From: Hyaloraphidium curvatum SAG 235-1
Taxonomy: Eukaryota > Fungi > Monoblepharomycota
DNA: 64,000 nucleotides
Direction of reading: 5' to 3'
NCBI GenBank assembly: GCA_025558095.1
Contig: JAIVFI010000009.1
Location: 744,001-808,000, forward strand
Shown piece after piece: positions 46,737 to 57,681 of the stretch (the first letter of the stretch is position 1; the number at the start of each line of letters is the position of its first letter). The notes under the pieces were generated by a model that saw only the letters and a list, made by a program, of their open reading frames with translations, did not search any database and was not told the origin of the DNA. The position numbers were made by a program, and so were the translations under genes.

Positions 46737-46981
46737 CGGGTTGTGTCGGAGTGTTGCTGGGTGACCGCCGCCGAGCCGAGCCGCCCGCACCTTTATAGCG
46801 CCATCCCTGACATCCGTTCCGTCACCGGTTTCGAAACACTGCCGCGACGACGGCGCTATGATAGCGAAGATGGATCTCCATGGAAACGGAAAGAACAGCA
46901 AGATTCAACTACGCATCCGCACCGACGCCCAGCCAACCCTCGAGCGATCTCGACGTGTCCCATGAACCGCCCATCACCGGA

Positions 46982-48838
46982 TCACTTGGCCGCTGCCCTC
47001 ACCGGCAAAGCCTGCGCGATCACCACCCTGCCCGTCTTCCCCACCCCTGCATCCTTGGCTTCCTCCACGTCCCGCACGCTCAGGAACACCCTCTCGCCGG
47101 GTGGCGCCGCGTCGTCCGGGACCGCCTCCACCTCTTCCGCAAACCGTTCCGGACTCGTCCCACGCGTATCCACCCCCGCAGCTTCCGCCTCCGACGCGAA
47201 CGATCTCGCCACGTCCGCAGCCATCATCCCGTTCAACCCCGCCATCAACCCCAACGCCCTCGCAACCGACCGTACCCCTCTCGCCAGCTCCTCCGGCGGC
47301 GGCACCCCCTTGGCCGGCCCGTGCTCCCTCGCGCTGCGCACGGCCTCGACCAGCGCCCGGCCGGCGATGTAGCTCGGCACCAGGATCACGATGTGCCCCG
47401 CGACGAAGGCCGGGTCCGCGCGGGCGAGGCCCGCGAGGAGGAGGGCGAACCGGTGCGCGCGCGCGACGGAGGCCGAGGCGAAACCGGCGGCGGCGAGGGC
47501 CTGCATGCCAATGTCTTCGATGCATAGAACGTATCGGAGGGCCGCGCTGGTGTGCAGGGGGGAGGCAAAGGGGAGGTGCGTGGAGCTGAGGAAGGCCGAG
47601 GCGTCGCCGCGGGAAAAGGCCGACGCGAGGGCGGGGTCGAGGACGGAGGGGAGCACGTCCGAGGCGGTCGCGAGCTGCACGAGGCTTTCCCTGCGCTCGT
47701 GGGAGGCGGGGAGGCGATGCAGGTGGTTGAGGCGGTGGCGAAGGTACGGCGCGGCGAAATAGAGGAGCATCGCGCTGCCCGAGCCCGAAAAGGCGGCGGC
47801 GGCGAGGCTGCGCAGGGTGGCCGCGACGGCCGGCCAGGTAGGGTCCCCAAAGGCGACCGAGGGCCACGGCTTCCCCGCCCTTGCCGCCTCCAGCGCGGCG
47901 AACACCGCCTCGGGATCGCGCGAGCTATAGAACGTCTCCGCGACCGGGAGGGGGTATTCGTGCCGGTGGAAGTAGCTGGCAAACTCGGCCCTCCCCGAAA
48001 ATCGCGCGTTGGTGACGTCGACCGCGGCAACAGGGATCCGCAGGCGGAGCACCATCTCACGCTTGATCCATGATTTGGCGTCGGGCGGATCTTCCGTCGG
48101 CAGGGCGCGGAACAGCGCGTCCGCGGCGCGGGCTGCCGCGTACATGAGCGGGTAGGTGCGAACGGGGGTGTTGGAGCCCAGGAAGACGTTCACCAGCAGC
48201 ATCAGCGCCTGGGCGGCCTCGAGGTCGTCCCCACCGCGTGCGAGCAGCAGCTCCCGCGCGCGATCCGAGCACCACAGGGCGGCAGCCACACGGTCCCGCA
48301 TCGGCAGGTCCGTCATCACACGGAATCCGTTGGCTGCGATGCCGAACATCAAGGCCATCGGTTTCGGTCGGTAGACGAACAAAGGGCCCGGCCGGAAGGC
48401 GCGCTCGAACGCCGTGCGGTTCATGAACGGGAAGATCGGATGAACGACATCCCAGTAGTTCGAAATCGCCGGCAGGAACAGGTCGGCGGCGGGGTTGTTA
48501 GGGTCCACGCCGCGGGGGACGGCGGGGACGAGCGAGCCCCGTCGCGGCGGTGGTCCGTCGCCGCGCGATCCGCCCACGTCCCACGACGCCGTGCGGCCGT
48601 GAAGAGCAAACTCCAGGCGGCCGCCGGGCATCGGCAGCGAGGCCTGGCCGCGGTCGACGCGGAGGAGCTGTCCCCCGGCCTGTCCCCCGGCCTGTCCCCC
48701 GGCCTGTCCCCCGGCCTGTCCCCAGCGAAAGTCGCCTTCGCCTCCGTCGTCGTCGTCGTCCGCGGCCGGGTCCAACTGCCACGCATTCGCCCGCCGGACC
48801 AGATCGTCCCACGTCGCGCCGTCGCCTTCCGCGGGCAT
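46982..48838 (-). CDS. Fungal-specific transcription factor (middle homology) domain protein
   Basis: YWDVVHPIFPFMNRTAF, ALMFGIAA, LEAAQALMLL, WIKREM..R; no Zn2Cys6 cluster visible. Confidence 0.65.
   Translation of the reverse strand: MPAEGDGATWDDLVRRANAWQLDPAADDDDDGGEGDFRWGQAGGQAGGQAGGQAGGQLLRVDRGQASLPMPGGRLEFALHGRTASWDVGGSRGDGPPPRRGSLVPAVPRGVDPNNPAADLFLPAISNYWDVVHPIFPFMNRTAFERAFRPGPLFVYRPKPMALMFGIAANGFRVMTDLPMRDRVAAALWCSDRARELLLARGGDDLEAAQALMLLVNVFLGSNTPVRTYPLMYAAARAADALFRALPTEDPPDAKSWIKREMVLRLRIPVAAVDVTNARFSGRAEFASYFHRHEYPLPVAETFYSSRDPEAVFAALEAARAGKPWPSVAFGDPTWPAVAATLRSLAAAAFSGSGSAMLLYFAAPYLRHRLNHLHRLPASHERRESLVQLATASDVLPSVLDPALASAFSRGDASAFLSSTHLPFASPLHTSAALRYVLCIEDIGMQALAAAGFASASVARAHRFALLLAGLARADPAFVAGHIVILVPSYIAGRALVEAVRSAREHGPAKGVPPPEELARGVRSVARALGLMAGLNGMMAADVARSFASEAEAAGVDTRGTSPERFAEEVEAVPDDAAPPGERVFLSVRDVEEAKDAGVGKTGRVVIAQALPVRAAAK
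48668..48723. repeat. 12-bp coding minisatellite (CTGTCCCCCGGC)x4+
   Basis: Perfect tandem copies encoding (GQAG)n. Confidence 0.9.
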
Positions 48839-49011
48839 CGCGGCGCCCGTCAGCGGTGTCCCCAGTCGGCGGTTATTCTGGGTCCAGGCCGTCCCCCGTC
48901 ACCGTCGTCGCGAAAACGACCGCGACGCGGGTGAAAAATCGAATTTGAGTGAACTGAAAAGAACATCGGGGTTCAACGACGAAGATGTTGTCGTCGGCAC
49001 CGGCCCGGAGC

Positions 49012-50337
49012 TCAGGGTATCTCGACCGCCGCTTCCCCCGGGAGCCGCCGGAACGCCACGGGGTTCAGCGCCGCCGTGAGCATGACCTGTTGGACAAGCG
49101 ACCACGGATCGGCTTCGCTCCCGCGCAAAGCCCGCCCTGGAAGGCTCCCACCTTGTTGATCGTGGAATGCGGCCTCTCCCCCACCCCCCTCTCCATCTCC
49201 CGCACCGCCATCTCCAGCGCCTTCTCCTTCGCAAACTCCCTCATCCGATCATCCCCCACCACCTGCGCGCCCATCAGCGCCCCGTAGATCCTGAAATCGA
49301 GCGGATCGCCGCCTCTCGCGCCCTCGCTTGCCCTCGCCAACGCCCCCGGCGCGACCGAGCGGAGCGCGGAAAGGTATCCCCCGCTCCCCGGACCGCCGAG
49401 CCATTGGGAGGTCCAGAGATGCGTCCCGAGTCCCAGCGGGTCCGCGGCGTCGGAGAGGGCCGAGGAAGGGGAGGCGAGGTACGCCCGCGCGATCGGGAGG
49501 AGGTCGGCGATCTCCCCGCGCAGCGAACCCGTGCCCGCATCAAGAAGGTGAAACACGGCGAGCGCCGAAAGCGCGTCGTGGTTCGGCCTCGGCTGCGGTG
49601 CCCCGGCGATTGGGGTCAAGTCGACGTTGAGTTTCCAGCGGTAGCCGCGGCCGGGGACGAAGAAGAAAGGGTGGAGCTGTTTGGCGAGCGTGACGGCGGA
49701 GGCGAGGCGGGTGGTGTCGGAGGAGACGGCGGAGTAGCGGGCGAGGGCGAAGAGCCACTTGTCGATGTAGTGCCCTGTGGATCCCAGATGACCAGAGGAC
49801 ACAATCAAGTCAGCTCGTGAGAGTGCCGACCGGACGCCCCGAAAGACCCACAGTACATCCCGTCGTACTCCATGCCGTAATCCGTCCCCTTCCTCGCCAT
49901 CTCCTTGCCGATCCTGAGCCCCATGTAGCCCCCCGTCGCCGGGTCGTGCCGCATCGGGAACTCGGCCGACCTCGGGTTTCCGAGGCACGCGTGGACGGCG
50001 TCGATGAGCCTGGCGGCGGCGCCTAGGTACCGGTCGGACATGGTGTCGGGTTCGCCGGCGTCCTTGGCCAGCTGCTGTGAGAGCATGGCCTGGGAGCCGA
50101 ATGTGGCGACGGCGAAGGCGTCGGTCCCTGGCTTCCTGTCACAACGGCTCAGTTCCGAGGCCGCGACTGGGACCCACAGAGGTAACGCCGCTGTCCGCTC
50201 GGGGAAGGGCCGGCCTCGCTCGCGGGCATCGGCTTGGGGAAGCCCCCGGACGCGGCGGTCCAGTCACCATATACGTCCGCCAGCAGGGCGTCGGCGAGGC
50301 CCAGCAGCTCCCTTGCGCCGTCCGAAGCGGCTGCCAT
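49012..50337 (-). CDS. Conserved hypothetical protein (RYLWTDAF / GLRIGK / DGxYxHY family)
   Basis: Spliced model QRRYL|WTDAFAV...GLRIGK...YDGMY|WHYIDKWLFAL...INK|VMLTAAL.P. Confidence 0.65.
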
Positions 50338-50463
50338 CGTGCGCCTGAAAAGCGCTGCGTGGTTTCGAGGAAGAAGGAGCCGTCGAATGGCTCCGAAAAC
50401 CGCGGTGAATCACGCGGAAGCGCCAACTGTCGACCCGACGCCGTCCAAACAAACCGACGCCGG

Positions 50464-51417
50464 ATGGGCAAGCGCTCCCGCGAGGCCGGCGACGGCGCCG
50501 CGGGCGGGCCGTCCAAGAAGGCCAAGAAGGAGAAGCAGAAGGCCGAGCACCGCGCGCTGCGCAAGGCCAAGAAGGAGCGCAAAGCCGCCGAGAAGATGGC
50601 GAGGCTCGCGGCCAAGGAGGCCGAGCCGGAGCCGGCGGAGGAGGAGGAGGAGCTAGCCGGGGAGGGGAAATTGACGTTCAAGGAGCGGGCAAAGGCGGCG
50701 AAGAAGGCGCGGAAGGAGCTGAAGAAGCAGCGGCTGGCGGCGGAGGCGGCGGCTGCTGCCGCGAGGGCCGAGTCGGGCGAGCCCGCCGAGCCCGAGGAGG
50801 AGGTCGAGCTCACGCCGAAGCAGCTGCGGAAGCTCGAGAAGAGGGTGGCAAAGGAGAAGAAGCGCGCGGCGGCGGCGGCGGCGGCAGCTGAGGCTGCGAA
50901 GCCCGCGAAGCCGAAAGCCGCCGACCCCGCGCCGGCCCGCTCGGGCTCGGACTCGGACTCTGCCTCCGAAAAAGAGGACCGCGACGGAGACGGCGGCCAG
51001 AATCAGGCCGCGGATGGGAACGGCGAGCCGGTGCTGAGCGACAAGCAGCGGTGGCGGCGCAACAAGAAGCTCCGCAAGGAGAAGCGCCGCGCCAAGATCG
51101 AGGCCCGCAAGGCGCGCGAGGCCGCGGCGCAGGCGGACGGCGGCGGGGGGGAGGACCACCCGGCCGACGACGACGCCGCCCCGGCCAAGAAGCCGTGGAA
51201 CGACTGGTCCTCCTCCTTTGCCGGGGACGACGCCAAGCGGGACAAGTTCCTGCGGCTGCTGGGCGCAAAGAAGGCCGGGAACGAGGCGGCGCTCGCGGGC
51301 GGGGCGGTCAGGGCTGGGGAGGGGGTGGAGGAGAAGCTGGAGGCGGAGTTTGAGCGGGCGAGGGGGTTCGATGGGAGGAAGAGGTGGGGAGGGAAGGTCG
51401 GGTTGGGGGGGTACTGA
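50464..51417 (+). CDS. Lysine-rich nucleolar protein with C-terminal SMAP-like domain
   Basis: K/E-rich; WNDW..SF.GD..KRDKFLRLLGAKK...LEAEFE.A...GLG. Confidence 0.75.
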   Translation: MGKRSREAGDGAAGGPSKKAKKEKQKAEHRALRKAKKERKAAEKMARLAAKEAEPEPAEEEEELAGEGKLTFKERAKAAKKARKELKKQRLAAEAAAAAARAESGEPAEPEEEVELTPKQLRKLEKRVAKEKKRAAAAAAAAEAAKPAKPKAADPAPARSGSDSDSASEKEDRDGDGGQNQAADGNGEPVLSDKQRWRRNKKLRKEKRRAKIEARKAREAAAQADGGGGEDHPADDDAAPAKKPWNDWSSSFAGDDAKRDKFLRLLGAKKAGNEAALAGGAVRAGEGVEEKLEAEFERARGFDGRKRWGGKVGLGGY

Positions 51418-52541
51418 GGCGCTGGAGTGTTCGCCAGGGCCAGGCAGAAGCGACTTGGAGAGTGGTGCTCGTCGCCATTACATTCTTGCATTTCGTCAGT
51501 CAACCATTTCCAGATCCGAAGCGGACGAGTCAGGTGGGGCGCAACGCCGCACCTCGCGCTCTCCGCCCCCGGCTCGCCGCCCGCTCCCCGGAAATCACAA
51601 CCTTGTTGAAAGCACCGGATTCCGGACATTGTCCGTCGCTTGAATGTCGCCATCGGGCCGGCGATCCGAGGGAACCTCGAAACAAGTGCGGCGGGGCGGA
51701 GACTGTGTCTGGTCCGAGCCGGTGGCCGCCCGCATTGCCGCTCCGGGCGGAATCGTCTGAGTGTCGAGCAAGCGTGGAGCGCAGCGGACTCGAATGTTTG
51801 CGCTGATTTTGTTGCGCGAGACGTCGCCCGATCTCATCAAGGTGGCCGCCCGTCGTGCCCCAGAGTCCGACGACTCATCAAGCGCCTCCGCGCAACCGCC
51901 GTCGTTCCCCCCGCAAACGGCCAGGCATCCACCATCGCCGGCCCACTTCCAAGAAAGCGCGGCCCCATGTGGCGCCATGGCCAGCGAATGAAGACAGGTT
52001 CGGTGAACTCGGAAGCCCCGATCCCCGGGCCCCGCTTCCGGAACCCGCCCGGCCGATCCGCGGCGCCGCGCCCCGCCCCACCGCTAGTCCCTGCGCGGTT
52101 GGATGCTCCAGTGGATCCCTGGCGGATGCCGGAGGTGGACGCGGGGAAACTTGTACAAGATTCGCGGGACCGGTCCGAGGGATCGCGACGAGTCATTTGT
52201 GGCCACGATCACGGGCGAATCCCATCTCGCGGCGGCGCCCGCAGCGCGACCATCCGGGGAAGCGGAGGCCCGGATTCACGGGGAACAATGTTCTGAGCGA
52301 CGTGGGCGTTTTGCCAAAGTTCCGGGGCCGCAGGGTCCATGCCGGTTGGAGGTTTGGGCGTGGGACGAGTGGAATTGGGGACCCACGTCAGACGCCAGCT
52401 CATCCGATTTCGCGGCCGGTCCAAATCCCTGGCGGAAACCGACGTTCTCGGCCCCGGGACCAGACCACTCGAGTGCTCCCCGCTTGCCCCGACCGAACGG
52501 CGCCGGCCCGCGGCACCCGACCGATTGCAGCAGCCGACGCC

Positions 52542-53561
52542 ATGGCGGTCGCCGCCGCCGCGCCCATCGCCGTCCGCGGCCGCCCCGCCGCCTGGAGCCC
52601 GATGACCGCCTCTCCCCCGTCGCCGCCCCGCGTGTCCGCGGTCGGCCCCATCGCCCCGCCGCCGCGGAGGGAGGCGTCGTTCCCGGCGGTCGCCGCACTT
52701 CCTCACTCGCCCGGCACACGCGCTCCCCTGCCCGACGGCGCCTCCATCGAGCTTTCCCCGCTGTCCATCGCGCACCGCCGCACCTCCTCCCTCTCCTCCG
52801 ACGCCTCTGCCACCTCCACCGCGCTCTCCTCCTCCGGGCGCCCCCCCTCGGCCGAGTCGGACGCCTCCTCGGACACCTTCCCGCCTCGCCGCCCCTTACT
52901 CCTCCGCCACGACTCGGCCGTCTCGCTGTTCCACCAGGACCCCTTCGAGACCGCGCTGGGCGGACCGCTGCCCGACCTGCTCCCCGCGATCGCCTCCTCG
53001 CCGCCCTCCTCCCCCTCCGACCGCCCCGAGAAGCCCAAGGCGTTCCGGTGCACCTTCCCCGGCTGCGACAAGGTACCTTCCTGCATCCGCTCGCCGCGCC
53101 ATCGTCCCGTTGATCCGGCCCGTCCCGCATGCAGTCCTTCACCACCTCGGGCCACCTCTCCCGCCACCGCCGCAACCACGCCGCCTACGCCGACCGCCCC
53201 TTCGCGTGCCCGGTGCCCGGATGCCCGCTGCGGTTCACGAGGACGGACAACCTGAGGAGCCACTACCGGAGGTGCGTCGATTCCGGGGAGACGTGAAGGC
53301 GGGGAGCGCTGACGGTGGCTTTCGAAATTCCGCACCCCTCACTCGCTCGCTCGACGTCCCCGGTACTCGGCAAGCAGCCACGCGAGGCAGCTCGGCATGG
53401 AAGGCGAGCTCCCCGAGGGATACGTCGCCGGCCTGGTCGCTGCGATCGGCGCCGCGGCTGTGCAGCCGTCGTTCCCGAGCGCGTGCGACGGCGACGAAGC
53501 CGAGGTGGAGATCTGGAGCGGGGATGCAGCGGGGTACGGGTACGGCTTTGGGGCGTGGTGA
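52542..53561 (+). CDS. C2H2 zinc-finger transcription factor, Nrg1-like
   Basis: FRCTFPGCDK|SFTTSGHLSRHRRNH...FACPVPGCPLRFTRTDNLRSHYRS|H; two introns. Confidence 0.8.
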
Positions 53562-54186
53562 TCCACATGCGGGGACGCACCGATGGGGAGCGACGGGCGG
53601 GTCGCTGCGGGCAGCAGCGGTAGTAGCTGGGGAACGACACGGTAGGATGTCGGTGGGGACCTTCTTTGTGATTGGAGTGCTTCGCGAGTTGGATGTTGTA
53701 TCTGGGACTTGAAATGGAAATTCTCCGCGGACGGCGATCCGCTCAGGGAAAAGATCGGGGCGATCGCGGGGCTCAGAGCCGACGCCAGGCTGGTCGCCCT
53801 GCAACACCGGGTCGAAGGAGTGGCTGCTCGTCGGCCGCGATCAGATCACCGGCGCCGTGCGAGATCGACGGAAGGTCAGGATCGTGGCGAGTGGGGAGCA
53901 GCACCACCAGCAGACCGGCACGTGCGTCGCCCTCGAGGACGGCTGGGCCGTGGTCGATTTGGCCGGCTTCGCCGGCGCTGCTGCCATCATTCCGGCCCAC
54001 TTTGCGGCTCCGTACCGACTCTTCCGTTGATCGAATTGATGTCAGCTCGCGTAGCGGGCGACGAATTTGACGATGGAGGGCTCGCGAAGGAGAGTTTCGG
54101 CGAGGCAGGGGGAAGGAACTGCAATAATGTTTTTCACGCTGGTGGACGGAACCTACACCGGTTTTTGCGAAGAGACTCGATCTCCG

Positions 54187-55044
54187 CTATGATTCTCCGA
54201 ACGCCTCGGCGAGGACGGCGGCGACGTGGGCCACGAACCCCTCGAGGTGCTCCCTGCTGTCGTGGATCCCGTGCAGCGCCCCCGGCGTCTCGTGCACCGA
54301 GATGTTGGGCGCGCACCTGGCCGGCCTCACGGCGTGCTCGGGGAAAAACGCGGCCCCGACGTCGGCCCTGATCAGCCGCCCGGGCACGTCCGTGGGCGCG
54401 TCCTCTTCGTGGTCCAGCGCGGTGCCTCCCAGTGCCGCGTCCCACATGGTGTTGTCCATCGCAAGCCAGCTCCTGGCCGTCGCGAGGAGCGCGTGCGGGG
54501 TGTAGACGTCCCCCGCCGTCAGCGCCGACCCCGGCGCGATCGGCCTGCGCGCGTTCTCCGCCGCGTACTCCTCCGGCGTCTTGCCTGCAGCCTGCGCGGC
54601 CCCGATGTTTTCCTTGAGGATGGCGAACGCGTCGCGGTAGGGCGTGGCGTCGAACACCTCGGGCTTTAGCATGAACAGCGGCGGATCTTCCAGTACCACG
54701 GCGCGGACCAGTTCCGGCGCCTCGCGACGGCGGCGAGGTACGCTTCGACCCCGCCAAGCGAATGCCCGACCAGCACCGCCGGCCTCCGCACCACCCCGTC
54801 CAGCAGCGCCACGGCGTCCGACGCCCACGCGCTCGTGGTGTACCGCGCGGTCCGAGCCGCCGTGGCCGCGGCCGTCGACGGCGTAGCACCGGTAGCGGTC
54901 CGCGAGGCGCGCCACGATGGGCTGCCACGTCCAGCGGGAGCCCGAGACGCCGTGCAGGAAGACGACGGGCGGCGCGTGCTCGGGGCCGCAGACGGAGTAG
55001 GCGATGCGGAGGTCGCCGTTCGCGAACGAAAGGGGGTTCTCCAT
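54187..55044 (-). pseudogene. Bacterial-type alpha/beta hydrolase with two compensating frameshifts
   Basis: FLHG, DGRGHGGSD and VVLEDPP in main frame; YTTSAWASDAVALL...VLVGHSLGG only in a shifted frame (~54843-54722). Confidence 0.7.
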
Positions 55045-55242
55045 GGTCGATGGCGCGTCGAATGCGCAGAACGGTCCTAACGAGCCGCGATTGGACCCGA
55101 TGCTCTCGGTTAAGGCGCGCCTGCTGTTCTGTGGGAGACGTCGCCCCGGGGAGACGCGTGCGGATCGGCGCCGCCCGTGGCGCCGCCAAAGCATCCTCCG
55201 CTCCCGGTCCACCTCGCGCAGCGAATCTCCTCCGAAACCACG

Positions 55243-55900
55243 ATGGCCGTGCGTCCCCTCCCCTTCCCTTCCTCGCCCCGCTCACTCCTCCCTCCCCGCC
55301 CGTCCCCCGCCCGTCCCCGCGACTGTCCCCCACCCTCCACCCCTCCCCACCGCAGCCCAACACCGGCAAGGAGCTCTCCTGGATCTTCGTGATCACCGTC
55401 CTGCCCGGGAAGCGGGACGAGCTGCTCAAGGTCATGGACGACATGGTGGCGAGCACAAAGGGGGAGGAGGGGTGCCTCGAGTACCTGTGGTTCGAGAACG
55501 CGGAGAAGACCGAGGTGCGTGGCCTCCGTCCCCTCTCTCCTGCTCGGGTGCGACCGGGAGCGAAAACGGTCCGTCGGTTCCCCGGCCGCGACCCTGACCC
55601 CCCCTTCGCGGCGCCCAGGTCCAGGTCCTCGAGCGGTACAAGGACGCCGAAGCCGGCCTCGTGCATTCGGCCAACTTCGGCAAGTTCGCCGAGCGGCTCT
55701 TTGCCGCGTCGACGTACAAGGAGATGACGGTGTGGGGGAACCTCGAGGGGGACGCCGAGAGCGCCGAGGGGAAGCTCAAGGCGGGGCTGGCGACGATGAA
55801 CGCCAGGTTCTACGTGGGTCGTTCTTTGCGGTGGGGCGGGACGAGTGCTGATCGACATTTGGAACAGGGACCGTTCGGGGCGGGAGGGTTCACGAAGTGA
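55243..55900 (+). CDS. ABM-domain (antibiotic biosynthesis/quinol monooxygenase-like) protein
   Basis: VLPGKRDEL...TKGEEGCLEY.W...|VQVLERYKDAEA...H; three introns. Confidence 0.75.
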
Positions 55901-55932
55901 GCGGTATTGGCGCTGGGCAAGAGACACCGCTG

Positions 55933-57450
55933 CTATCGCTTGCCTTCCTCCTTCCCCGCCGCACCGCCGTCGTCGGCCTCCTCGACCGCCTGCTCCTTCG
56001 TGCCCGGATTCGCAGTGCCCTTCCCTCTGGAAGGCGCCTCGTCGCCGTCCGACTGAAGTCCCTTGGCCGCCGGCTCCTGCGCGTCCCCTGCGGGCTCCGG
56101 CTCCTTCGCCGGCGGCTCAAGCTCCTTCGCTGCCTCTGGTGCCGGCGCGACCGGGGGCGGAGCACCGGCTACCGCCTCCCCCTCCCCCTCCCGCCTCCCT
56201 CCCGCCGCCCCCCACGCCCCCACCTCCCCGACGTCCACGTACGGATGCCCGCACTTTGCCACCCACACGCACCGCAGCCCGTCCACCACGCGGTCCCAGT
56301 TCCCCTCCTTCGTCCCGATCCACGCGTCCGCCTCGAGCGCCAAGGTGAGTTGCGACAGGTGGTACAGCCCCATGTCGGCGTTGGTCGCCACCTCGCGGGT
56401 GCCCCCGAGGTTGGACCGGGGGATCTTGCTGTACAGCACGGCAAACTCCTCCGGCAGGGCGGAGGCTTCTTCGACGACCGAGGGGTCCTCGGTGGCGAGG
56501 AAGAGCTGCCGCCTGACGCGGACGGGGTTCTGCGCCTGCAGCCTCCTGGCGGCGCCGGCGTACCGCGCGTAGGGAAGCTTCCCGTGCCCGCCGCGGCGCA
56601 CGTGCACGGAGATGGTGCCCGGGGGAAGCGGGTACAGCGCGGGCGGGTTCTTTGCCAGCGGGCCGCGGCGGGCGTGCTCGGGGGCGGCGTCGTTGACCCG
56701 GATCCGCCGCAGGGAGGCGACCGTCTCGTGATTGAACCGCAGCAGAAAGGCAGTGGCCTGGGCGTGCCACCATGTCCGGATCTCGTCGCATTCCAGGCCG
56801 GGGGCGGCGCGGTTCAGGAGCTCCCATGCGGCGAGCGGCACGCCGCACCGCATCCGCTGCCCGACCGCCGGGTCCGTCTCGGCCGCGCCGCGGTCCACCG
56901 TGCTGCCCGCGTCGGCGAACCGCGTGCAGTTTGTCGGGGGCTGGAAGTAGCACAGCCAATTCCACTTCCCGGCGAGGCCGCAGTGCCGCTGGGCGCGTGC
57001 AAAGGCGTGGCCGGCGTCGTCGGCCCACACGAAGATGCGGTCCGAGGCCAGGGCCAGGGCCAACACGGCGGCGGCATCGATCCACTGCGTGCCCATGCCG
57101 TGCGAATGCGAGGCGCGGAGGAAGGTCTTCCCGCCGCAGTCCGCGGGAAACTGGTGTCTCAGGATGAGCGCCTGCGCCTCGCGGGTGGCGGGCGCCAGGC
57201 CGGCGGCGGGCAGCCTGTTCACCACATCGCGCCGCATCGCGTCGTCCGTGAAGAGGTCCATCACGACGTCCGGCGTCGGCGGCGCGGGCGGCGGGCACGG
57301 CACGACCACCGCGCGCGGGCGGACGCGGTCCGCGGCGCGCTCGATCATCGACTTTTCCCGGGGCCACACCGCGTCGGGGGCAAGGATGTATATGGCGAAC
57401 GCGAGGAGCACGAGCGCCGCGCCCGCACGGAGGAGGAACCGCGGGTGCAT
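55933..57450 (-). CDS. Type II membrane alpha-1,6-fucosyltransferase-like (GT23-like) protein
   Basis: N-terminal TM; HQFPADC, W.CYFQP.TNC, ISVHVRRG, LFLATEDP.V, ADAWIGT..NW.R. Confidence 0.7.
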   Translation of the reverse strand: MHPRFLLRAGAALVLLAFAIYILAPDAVWPREKSMIERAADRVRPRAVVVPCPPPAPPTPDVVMDLFTDDAMRRDVVNRLPAAGLAPATREAQALILRHQFPADCGGKTFLRASHSHGMGTQWIDAAAVLALALASDRIFVWADDAGHAFARAQRHCGLAGKWNWLCYFQPPTNCTRFADAGSTVDRGAAETDPAVGQRMRCGVPLAAWELLNRAAPGLECDEIRTWWHAQATAFLLRFNHETVASLRRIRVNDAAPEHARRGPLAKNPPALYPLPPGTISVHVRRGGHGKLPYARYAGAARRLQAQNPVRVRRQLFLATEDPSVVEEASALPEEFAVLYSKIPRSNLGGTREVATNADMGLYHLSQLTLALEADAWIGTKEGNWDRVVDGLRCVWVAKCGHPYVDVGEVGAWGAAGGRREGEGEAVAGAPPPVAPAPEAAKELEPPAKEPEPAGDAQEPAAKGLQSDGDEAPSRGKGTANPGTKEQAVEEADDGGAAGKEEGKR

Positions 57451-57681
57451 CCCAGCGAGGGATCCCGTTGGGGGACGAAGGGATTCCGGGGGGCGGCGAA
57501 GGTACGAAGGTATGAGCAACTTCGAGATTGTGGCGCGAATCCCCAACTGGTGGCATCTCCCCCCGGCGGTCCCCGGAGCCCAGCTCACGGGCTCCGGGTT
57601 GGCTAGCCGGGGGTTACCTGTGTCCGGACCCGCCCACCCACATCGCTCGCTCCCCACCGCTTCCAGTGCGCCTACATCCAC

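Noticed and set aside
48668-48723. Short repeats as a CRISPR-like array (also 14006-14035, 39370-39396, 41331-41358)
   Set aside because: Head-to-tail tandem repeats with no spacers, in a eukaryotic context with no cas genes.
49065-49140. Cys-containing stretch as the missing zinc cluster of the TF
   Set aside because: It is better explained as an intron plus the last exon of the 49012-50337 gene, and it lacks Cys6 spacing.
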